DNA of 64,000 nt, taken from Mytilus californianus (taxonomy: Eukaryota). The notes below the pieces were generated by a model that was not told the origin of the DNA, did not search any database, and saw nothing but the letters and a program-made list of their open reading frames with translations. The DNA lies in the NCBI RefSeq assembly GCF_021869535.1, contig NW_026262668.1, positions 107,260,001-107,324,000 on the forward strand. Reading direction: 5' to 3'. Position numbers and translations under genes: made by a program. Below are positions 36,701-48,700 of the stretch, piece by piece. Position 1 is the first letter of the stretch; every line of letters begins with the position of its first letter.

Positions 36701-39700
36701 ACTTAATTTATTAAATGATGAATTTTTAAACCGACCAGAAATCACTTCCTTTGATCATCTTGTTTGCAAATTTTTGTTCTCTTGCTTCTGTGACATCATG
36801 GCAACACCACCTGCACCATGTCCAGCGCCCTAGACCACTCGACCACCTAGGCTACATAAAAATATAGCTTTCGGTGGTCGATGTAATGCCTTTCCTCGTC
36901 GGCTTTATCTAGGGTTGTAACACGGTACATGATGTATAGAGGCAAGTAGATGGTGTACCTTTCAGACCAGCTATTTTGTCTGTAGTAAAGGACGATAATG
37001 TTAATTACCACGTCGCCACATTAAATTTCTATGTTATTATACACGTCTAAACATGTGACAACTTTATCACAGACGTTCTCCATCGGAAACACGTCTTAAG
37101 TCAAAATATGCAAGATGCAAATCTTGGTCTCCACCGAGCAAAACGGGCTACGACAATTTGAAAATTTAGGGCTTTTTTAGTTCATTTATTTTATAATAAT
37201 TACAGGTTTTATATATCATTTGCCATCCGAATGGGCGGGACATTGACATTCAACCCGTTTCTGTTTGTGTCAGAAGAAGCCACGTTCGGGTTACCTCAAT
37301 GTATTGTTTTTTTTTTTTATTCTATTTCTAAATTTATTTCATTGAGATATGTCGTAATCATTAGCTCATTTAACAGTTTTAAATAGATACGTTTTAACGT
37401 AAGGGAGAAAGGAATATAAGTTTAAATTATACAGCCACTTACCACTTAAAATAGTATTATACTAAATTTACCTTTGTCAAGCTTCTCATAACCTCTTGGA
37501 AGCATACACTTATCTATCCTGGCTAGTGATACCAGACCGATCCGTACACCATCCAAAATCCTATTTATACAACTTATAAACCCAATAATAACGTGGAAGA
37601 AGAACATGAAGAAAGACAATATGTTGAACATTTTTCTGAAAAGAACAAATATTAGATAGAAAATATGGACAGATTATACAAAGGGTACAAGCTTATAGTA
37701 TTGATGAAATACAAAAAATTCAAACAGATGGATAAAATTATGCAAACTTTTTGCCTTTTTAAATTTTATAATTCGACATTAAATAATTCCAATAATTTAC
37801 CCGCCAAATTTGTAGATACCAAAACCCATTGATGTCGGTCAATCCAGTTAACGTAAATTCATTCTTTTGATTTCGCGTGCACACTTCTTTATCCCTCTTC
37901 TAATGAATGTAATTATCATCTACACCACACCTCTTTTCATATTGGTCAACGCTTCTAATCTATGCTGATAGGAATATTATGAATGATAACTGATAATTCA
38001 TGATTGAAAAAAGGAGTGTCCTATGGCAGAACACTATACATTTTCTGTAAATTAGCTAGGACTTCATAGAAAAAAACAAATTTTGCAATATAAAAAAACA
38101 CAATACTAAACTGAACGGGTTTAAAACCTGTTAAAAATTGTTGACAATATTTGAAACATTATTTATTCATCGAGATTTCAAAAATACATTTGCATAGAAA
38201 GTGAAAGTTGTGCGACTTAATTGTTTTGTTAGATAATGTCAATACTTACATATTGTCCAAAGCAAGAGCTTTCTGAGTTTTTATCCCTTTAGGCATAATA
38301 ACAGCATAATCCTGCAGGAAGAATGTTCTTGATAAAAAGACTTGTAGTTTCTCAAAGCCGAAATTGATCATCATCAACGGTCTGGAAAATGACAAAAGAC
38401 ACGTAGACATAGGAATGCTGTGTTTGTTCATTCATCTTATCATTACAACGCGAATGATGATAAAAAATAGCCAAAATTATCCGATCCTTGATCGATATCT
38501 TTTTAGACCATATAATTCATTGTTTTCACAACAATACACAATAGTACAAAGATAATAGGCTTAACAAAAGTAAAGAGTTGTCTGGTCGCTTCTTCTCCAG
38601 TATCATTTGATCTAGTTCTGATTGGTTCGTTTATTAATTTTACTCCTTTCAAGATTAATGGTTGTACCTAAGATCCGCTTCTTCATTCCTTTGTATAATT
38701 TTTGTCTCGCCTCCGACGAAAGTCTCAGTTTGCGAGACAAAGGTATTACTATCCGGCGGCAGCGATGTAAACTATATGTATAAAGCTTTCTTTTTCAGAA
38801 GGTAGAAGACCTGGATGCTTCATACCGTTAATGCAGATGCCTGATGTTACGAAGTTTCCGTATGTGATATGTAAATTGTCCTTGACCTAATTTTTTATGG
38901 TTCAACGACTGCTTGAAAAAAATTACAGTTTTTTGTCATGTTGAACTTCTCACTTATTACGAGTAATAGGATAACTATATTTGGTGTATGGGTTCCTAGT
39001 AACGTCTATTATTCGTCAGACAGGGTTCACCTGATCTCGACCTGATTTTATGGATCAGTGATCAAGGTGAAAGTTACGTGATTATGTCCGTTTCTCATAT
39101 ACTTTAAGCAGTAGGTTAACTATATGTGGTGTATGGAATGATTGTGAGGAGTACATATCAGTCTGGCAGGTTTCATCTGACCTTGACCCCATTTTCATGG
39201 TTCATTGGTTAATGTTAAGTTTGTGTGTTTCGATCTGTTTTTCAAATATTATAAGCAATAAATCAATATATTTCGTGTATGGAATGATTGTAACTTGTAC
39301 ATGTCTGTCTAGCCGGTATCACATGACATTGACCTCATTCTCACGGTTCATAGGTCGTTGTTAAGTTTTTGTGTTTTGGTCTGTTTTTCAAATACTAATA
39401 ACAATAGGTCAACTGTATTTGGTGTATGGAATAATTGTAAGGTGTACATGTCTGTCTGGCAGGTATCATCTGACCTTGACATAATTGTCATGGTTTATTG
39501 GTCAATGATCAGTTTTTGTGTTTTGGTCAGTTTTTCAATTAGCATAAGCAATAGGTCAACTATGTTAGGTGTATGGAATAGTTGTAAGGTGCATATGTCT
39601 GTTTGACAGTTTTTATCTGACCTTGACCACATTATTATGTTAAGTTTATGTGATATTTGTAGTAACACCTTTATCTTTAAGACGTTCAACATACAATCAA

Positions 39701-42700
39701 TGGTCAGTAAAGTATATTAGACATTTCAGCGTGTGCACTTTTGTTATAACCTCTAAATATATAATGTTACTTTGCTTTAATTTATTGTAAATTGTATATT
39801 CTTAATATCGAAGCACCATCTCGTTTTAAAAGAAATATTCAAATGGTTTAGTCAATATTTTACATCAAAATTTATTCTTATTAATTGTTGGTTTTATAAA
39901 GGTATGATTTGAATGTATCAAGAGTTCCATATAACTAACTTCGTTTCGCCTTTGGCTCTTTTAGTTTTGCAGCACCATTACGCTGTGAGCACGAGGGATC
40001 AACACGATTGTTATCTTAAGTTTCGACTTTAACTCCTTATGTCTGATTTTGGTGCGTTTTTTTATAATTTAAATAGTTTAAGAACGTCAATGCTTTAAGA
40101 ATGATTATCAACGAATCGTTAAATTTTTTTTTCAATGTCTATTTTCAAAATTGATTTATCCGCTGATCGACCAACATAGGTATCGTTTATATTAACTGAC
40201 CATTAGTGTAAAGTAGGCAAAATTGTCCTACCTGTATAACACTTGATTATGGTATATCGCTTTATAATGAGTATGACGAACGTCTTTTGCTATAATTGGC
40301 TAAGTTAGTTTTTAAATAATTTCTCTCACTACAACCATCAGAAAAGATAAAAAAAATACAGTATACAAATCACCTCATAGAAATTTAAAGACTCAGGAAT
40401 ACGTACCCCGGTGCTACAGAAGGGTAAGTAGATCCTGCTCTACATGTGGCACGTGTCGGGTTGGTCATGTAAATAAAAACCCAGTGATGAGTCTATTTAG
40501 ACAATTGGAACATATCCGTCGTCATTTGTGAAACAAATATTCTAATGGTCAACCAACTCGTGATGATATCCGTATATTTTCCGAAGAGATAATTTTAACT
40601 TCCCAATTTGGAACTCTTGTTTTATAGCTTCTTTGTAAGCAGCAACCCTCTTTCATGGAAATCATGACAGGAAATGCAAGCTCTGAAATATCGTATCAAC
40701 TTAGAGATGTAAACTCAAAATTCCGGGCGCTGTCGGAATGCTGCTAGGTAAAAATAAAAAGTTCACAATTCGGAAGATGAAATCATCCCAGGAATAAAGG
40801 AACTAGTCAACAAGAAGACGAGCACAGTTAGTACTCATGGGGAGGCCGATTGTTTGGTAAAAAACACGTCCTCGAAACGTAACAGATATGTTGTCAATTT
40901 AGAAATCAAGCATCTTGATAATGCGAGTTTAAGAGAATTGTTTGTTTGAATCAAAATGAACTTTTACAAAGTACGAAAGTGGTTTCGTGAGGCACTTTGA
41001 AGACAAATCACTATAACGTTTTTTGTGAGGACACTTATGTAATTTATGTATCCAATACAGTGAAGGAAGATCCAGTTCTTCATATTTGGTTGAAATTCCA
41101 AAAGAGCATAGGACAGACCTATAATTATTCAGGTTTTTCTCCTCGGTAAGTACCATGGGAGTATATGTTGAGTTTCCAATTCTATTGTCAATATCTAATT
41201 CCATTATCAAGCAGTTTATGTAATATAATTTACGCACAAAACAATGTTGTTTGGGGCTTTATCTGCTGGGACAACAACATATTTGTCATAGATGTGGACA
41301 GGTTTGTAAAGATTGATGTAACCATGCGTATCCATACACCCATTCAGTTTTTTGAACTAATTTGTATGAACGACCTCACAACCTTAACCCATTCAAATAG
41401 AGTATCTACGTCTTCTTTTTCGCCTTTATTACATTTCCAGGCATAATCCTCGACTGAATCCATCAGTATTACGAAGTTATACTGCCAATTGATTGAGTTA
41501 GTCTTACGATATTTCGGGCCTTCGAATAATACATTTCGCAGAGACTTATGACGTATTATTTATGAATGGGGAACTAGCACTGGTGCAATGAGAAGACATT
41601 GATATCATGCAACACGTGTTTGTAATTGAAAATAGTTTAGTTGCAATTGGTCTGGTATAGGTATAAGAGATGGTAGGCACAAACTGATCTTTAAAGTAGG
41701 AAGGTATTTTCGAGTAAACGTTCCCATCCTAACTGAACATGGCTATGAATTTATACATCCAGCCGAACAGTAAAACGGACGACCATTACCCCTCATCATA
41801 ACCACATGATATGATTGACAAACTTGTAAAAATACTAAAAATTCTCCATATAAATGTGTACTCACAGTGTAATAAGAACTGGATGAAAATATGAAAATGG
41901 GACCTTTCCAGCTAGAGGCAAAATTATAATGTAGGCAATCATAAAGCAGAGTATCCATAACATCAGTATTATTAATAAGTAACCTGAAATAAATCAAAAT
42001 TAAAATTTATTTTGTATATTTATTTTGTATTCTTGTAATATAGTCTGTTATATAAACATCAATAAATAAAATTTCAACAAAAGAGATGGATTTCAAATAT
42101 TATGAAAATAATGCCAAAATTGTTTTATAGTGTTGTCCGTCCATCTTCAACCACTAGTTTTGATTGTTACCTTGTCATTTATGTTAAAGTTATGTCATTT
42201 CTCTTGAAGTCTTTTGTAGAAAAAAGCATACAAGCTTCATTATGATATACTTTATTTCGTAAAAATCGACAAATGAGAATTGGATTAAAAGTGGAAGTAC
42301 GAAAATCGCATGAAAAGTCGCAATTGCCTTTTTTTTTTTATAACAATGTTGTAAGTTTGCTTGGAATATAATTCAAATGTACAAATAACGCATAATAATG
42401 GTATACCGATTTTTTTATTTATAGGAATTTTGTACCTTGCAATGCTTCGTTGTATCCTTTTAAAGTTGGTTTGTTAGGTTGATAATTGTGTTCATTTACA
42501 ATCATACGCTTTCTGTTAATAATGGAAAATACAAAATCTAGATATCTCATTTTGGAAAACAGTGTAGTACTTTCGTCAAATAAATAATTTAGTAAAGCCG
42601 GTTGCTAGACTAACCACGTCTTTTGTTGGTTTAATAGAAAAAAAGGAAATGTGGTATGATTTCAAATGAGAGAGCTATCCATAAGAGACCAAAAGAAGTT

Positions 42701-45700
42701 AACCATTATAGGTCACCGTACCGCCTTCAACAATGAGCAAAACCTCTACCGCATAGTAAGCTATAAAAGGCCTCAAAAATGGCAGATGTAAAACAATTCA
42801 ACAGTGAAAATTAACGGACTGATTTGTACAAAACAATAAACGAAAAACAATATGACATATAGCAACAAACGACAACCGCTGACTTGGAACAGAAACATAG
42901 AACGTGGCGGGGTTAAAGTTTTGTCATCTGATTTATTGAGCTATCTTATCTAAAATTATTTTGTTTGATATGATAATCTACGAGTTTCATGGATCCATTG
43001 AACAAAGTATTGAAGCTTCGAAATTCTTTCGTCTTCACAGTAAAGAATGGGTCTTAAAAATAACTTAACGGCGTTTTTATCATATACCGTCCGAAATGGG
43101 TGATAATAAGGCCCCATTTAAAAACAATTTTATAACCTCTGGGTTATGGAAATTGCTAGTCTGACTGTAGTAACATTATGGCTACAAACTATTTTCCTAA
43201 AAGCGCATTGACTTGTAAATGTTCTTTTTTTATTTTTGTAAATGTAAGATAAAAATTCAACTCCGTGCTTTCAAAATACAGATACACGTGTTTCTGAACG
43301 TTGATTGAATAAACTAAGATATTCTATTCTAAAAGGCGTACAAAATCCTGCTATCTATGATGAGTTTATTTTCATCCAGGAAAGAGCATCCAGGAACGAA
43401 TCAAAGAAAAAATCGCTCATTTGATTTCATACTTTGAACAAGAATATGAGTCCATAAGAAACCATGCCCATTCCACACTATCACGTTAACCTCAAAATCT
43501 GATTCAAAACATTACTTTGGCATATATGTCTTGGACTCAGAACAACGTCAAGTTTTAAATCGACGTATGTTCCTCAAATCGGAGTCCAATCTGACGTTAT
43601 AATGAAATACCATTCAAAATCGACGACCAATTCTGAAACCCTCTTATCGAAGTCGTTTTCGCTTTCTCAAATTGAATTTCAATTCCTGAGATCATTAACT
43701 GACGTCTCTTTTCTGGCAGTTTTCAAATGAGGGCATAAACTTTGGATGTTGGATGTGTACTGATTGATGTAATTTAATCTTAGATGCATAATTTTAGTTG
43801 TTATTGTCTTTGAACTAGCTGTCAGTAACTTCGAGCACTCTCAGATCTGTACTTTGTGTCTTTTTTGTTTTTTTAGGGATGTATGAATACCCTGCCAAGT
43901 CCGGTCTATATTTTTGTTTGATGTTTTTTCTGCTTTATATCGATCTGATGAGTTTAGCCCTTTTCAACTGATTTTTATAGTTTGTTCTTATGCTGTACTG
44001 TTAGACCACTGTCCAAGGTTAGGGGGAGTGTTGGTGCCTTCATACATGTTTATCCCCTCCACATTCTATAGGTGCCTGTCCTTAGTCAGGAGCCTGTAAT
44101 GTAGTTGTTATCGTTTACTAGAGATTTCCAATAAAATGACATGCGTACGTAACTCGTCTTACGTGGCTAATGGTCAACAATCGAATTTTGTTAAATACGT
44201 CGCTTAAGTTTAAACTAAATATTCCAAGACTATTAAAACCATACACAGGAATTTTCATCCATATAAAATAATTTTTACGTGATGAAAAATGACAGAAATC
44301 AGGTATTTTTCATTCATCACGTGGTTCTTCAGATTCCCGCCTTAATTTTCACTGATATAAGATCACGTAAAACACGTACATCTTACCTACTGTAAGTTCG
44401 ATTTGAATTACATTTCACGGCCTTGGTAATAACAGTTATTTTTCACTTTACTTTGCAAATGAACGCTGCATTATCCTATATTTTAAATGCTTATTTTTTC
44501 GTTATCCAATGTTCTTTTTTCTTTCTTTATCTATTTTTTATATTTTTGTGGGGAAAAGATATTTTAGAAGGATATTAAACTGCCAAGTTCAGAAATATCG
44601 AAATAAGTGTTTGTCAGAATTTGTCTCTTTTAAAAGTTGAAAATTGAGACAAAAGCTATCGCTTCCTTTTAATTTCTATGTCAAAGTGTTTTAAAATTTA
44701 TTATAAAAATTTAAGATAAAAAATTACTAATATATGTTGCATTTCAGAAGATGTGCCCGATTAAGGACTGATATGCGTTGTCTTGTTTATCGATAATAAT
44801 ATTAAAGGCAACAGTAGTATACCGCTGTTCGAAACTCATAAATCGATAGAGATAAAAACAAATCCGGGTTACAAACTAAAACTGAGGGAAACGCATCAAA
44901 TATAAGAGGAGAATAACGACACAACAAAAACACAACATTAAAATGTAACACACACAGAAACGAACTATAATATAACAATGGCCATTTTCCTGACTTAGTA
45001 CATGACATTTTAAGAAAAAAAATGGTGGGTTGAAAACGCTAGCTGAGTCCAAATACAAAAGTCATTCCCTGGCAAAATATTTGTTATTCCTTGAAGTACA
45101 TTCACTTATAGTACTTTATTGATAAACACTTTTTAGAGTCTCCGAATTTGTTTTACTACATACATTGAAGTGTATGTGTCATAAGTCAGAAATATAAAAA
45201 AACAATATGATAAGAAGTTTCCGATGCGCAATCCATTCAAATCGGCACGCTTATATTGTCCTTTTCAATGCTTTTATTCCATATGCATTGTAGAAGATCA
45301 CGAGTTTGCGCAGCGCTAAAATATAAGGATGTTGAATCATAATTGTTCATTGTATATGTAGTTAAATATGCACATTCAGGACGAGATGAATACGAACCCT
45401 ACTTTGTACTAGACCGACACGCTGATCTATTTTGTTAAAGTGTTAGTTCACAAGGTAACAGTACACACGAAGTTATGTCATCCAACTGGGACACATTATT
45501 CCGACTCCGGATCGACTACTTTTTGCTCTTACTCCTACATATCGCGTGCTAAGCAGAGGGGCTTCCAATCTTTGATTTGAACCAGTCGAGGCGAGTACGA
45601 TATCACAAGACCACCGAAGCGGTTATAAATATTGTAAATACACATATATATGTACATGAATATTCAAACCATTTGAAACAATAATATGTGGTCATACGAT

Positions 45701-48700
45701 ACAGTGCTCCCTCACATTATCACATCTCTATGTTAAGTAAACCACTTTATCCGGGAACAACCATGATTTGGTTTATAATTTTAAAAATATTAAATTTGGA
45801 CCGGGACGGATGAATGAACGGACGCACAAACTAGAAAATATAACATCAATTTGTTATCATAAGTTGGTCACGAAAATAAAAGTATTGTACTTAACAAAAT
45901 TGCAATCAAATATTCCATACATGTCAGTTTTTCAGACGTATTTGTATAAGCTGAACGCCAAACATTTCATAAAAAACATTTTGTGAGCTATGACGTTAAA
46001 TTACGTATGCATCTCTATAATTAAAAACAAGAAGAAAAATAATAACTGATTTAGTAAAGTGTGATCATTTGTGTTTTTGAAGATGCATCCTAATATACTT
46101 CATCTTATGAAATTCTATAGAAAGATGATAAAGTTCTATCAGATACACATACAACAGTGATCTGAATTTCTCCCTCTGACAAAAGTATCTTGAAATAAAT
46201 GATAGAACTATGCTAAAAAAGAAGTTAGTCGTGAACACCTTTAACATTCCGGCTTGTTTGAAACCCTTGTTTCAACCTTATAACTTATAAATCAAAAATG
46301 AGAATATCATCTTGCTTCATATTTTATTTTTTTATTCTTTCAAACTTAATTTTGATTTTAGCAGTTTTACGAATTCATCCTTTCAGAACTAAATATATGG
46401 GTAAAGTTAAATGATCGGTGCGTTTGATTACCGGTATCTGAATTAATTATTCCCTTAAAAGGTTATTGTCAATCAAATCATCCAGAATTTAATAACAAAA
46501 TATGTAAAGATTAGAAATAGCAGATTGGATTGATTTTTGAATAACATCTATTCCAACAAATTATGTATATTCAACGAGCTAAAATATCATGCAATCTATG
46601 CTCCCTTCCGTCATGCTTCAGTGCAATAGGCCGAGATACTTTCAGATATGTTTGTTATATCGAGTGATGTCATTTTATTAGAAATCTCTACATGCTGTTT
46701 CTTATGTTTTTCGTTTATTGTTTTGTACAGTTTTTTCTTATGTTGTGCCGTTACATCAATGTCCCAGGTTTGGGGAAGGTTGGTGCCTTCAAACTTGTTT
46801 AACCCCGTCACATGCTGAATGTGCCTGTCCCAAGTCATCCGTTGGTGAGGAGTCATAAGCTTAGACGCGTACTTATACAGATCTTATATCTGATAATGGG
46901 AAGTTATAGTTTGACGTTATAATAATTTTGATCCCTTTTGTACTGTTGCATACACGAGCAATGTTTCATCCTTTTCCCCTGTACAGATTGACGGCGTAAA
47001 AAGTTCGGTGACAGAAGTGTAAAAGTCGTTTAAACTTCGAGTTTACTCTCCCCAAATAGCACACGTCTAAAAATGGTCTTAACTTAAAGCCAAATATGTC
47101 AACAATATTTTCCAACCTGCCGTAAGAATTTGGTATGGTCATATTTTTCTAAAAAATCGTTTTAATGACTAAAGTATATTGGAAAGTTTGAAACCGCCTC
47201 CCCCCTTTTTTCAAAATGAAAATTTGAATATATTTGCTTACATTTAATTAATATGATTTTGTTCTAGCTATCATCATATGTCAAAATGTTTTATTCAGTA
47301 TTTTATTTTCATCTAATCTATAAAATTTGCAAAGTTCTGACTTTTTAAAAGTGAAGTAATTTTTATTGCAAAAATTTTGACACAAACTTTAATTTCTTCT
47401 TCATAGTAATAGTCATTACTACCTCATATTGTTTTAAGCAAATAGTACTTTATAAAACTTGTTACTGATAAAAATCTCTGAACGTAAATATCAAAAAGCC
47501 TTAAGATATCAACGAAAAAAGAATAAAGTAAAAAACTGCAATTTCATCACGGAACTTGATCACTTCCCTTTCATCACATTTACAAGTTGTACAAAAATTG
47601 ACTAAAATTCACTTATAACTTAATAACAATAATTTATAGTATGAATTTTGTTATAAAACACATTGATACACACTATAGAATTTTTATTCAATGACCACAC
47701 AATAAACCTTATTTACAAAATACAAAAATGGAGACATGCATTGTAATTGATACATGCATGTCAGTTAATTCTGATAGTACAATAGAAATTGGCTTCAGTG
47801 ACAGATCTGATAGAATGATAAAAATTGGCCCCAGTGACAATTCTGATAGTATAATAGAAATTGCCCCCAGTGAAAATTCTGATTATATAACAGAAATTGG
47901 CCCCAGTGACAATCAGGATGACAGTGACGTTGAAACACCAATTATCCTGCCAGGAAGCGTACGCTGTCTGGCCAACAGATTCAAGCCGAATATCTAACCA
48001 AGAAAACGAAATACTTCTAAATGTAAATGTAAAAGATGTTGTGCAATTTCCGATGTTATAATTCACTGACATATGACATGCTCAAACAAATGATAAAGAA
48101 CTATTTTTGTATGTTTTAACAAGATTTATTGTGTGTTCATTAAAAATAATCTATTATGTGTATCAATGCTTTATTATAACAAAATCCATACTATAAATTA
48201 TTGTACAAGTTATAAGTGAATTTTAGTCAATAGTACAAGCACTTTTTGTACAAATTACAATTGGTACAAAGTCAAATTACAAATTATAATTTGTACATTT
48301 TTTTTGTACAAATTATAATTTGTACAAAATGATAACTTGTACACAATATATATATAAATATTTTGGAAAATGTTGTTTGTGCTGTATTTAGACCCCTCTA
48401 CCAAGAAATTTGTTTTGCATGCACACGTATAAAAATTGCGGTTTTTATCCAACGGAATCATAGGCTTGAACATTGTTTTCAATTTAAGCTTGTTTATATT
48501 TTTTCGTTTGGACTTATATTTATATATTTCGTATTATATTTGCCTTCGGGTTTATATAATCCGTTCATCCTATTTCGACTCTTCAAAATTAAAGAGCCTA
48601 TCCTAAATTTAGGTAAATCATATGGCCTTCCTAATACCGTTTCGATTCCTAACATCACTGAAGAGACATTAATTGTCGAAATCCGGATATGGTGTATCAA

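Noticed and set aside
40484-40506. Hammerhead-like GUGAUGA-GUCU-AUUU-AGAC
   Set aside because: Not followed by GAAA and lacks CU; probably drift in a PLE 3' UTR.
42435-42511. Candidate extra STRA6-like exon (KRMIVNEHNYQPNKP...)
   Set aside because: Phase 2-1 is incompatible with the 58868 donor, and the model is already complete without it.
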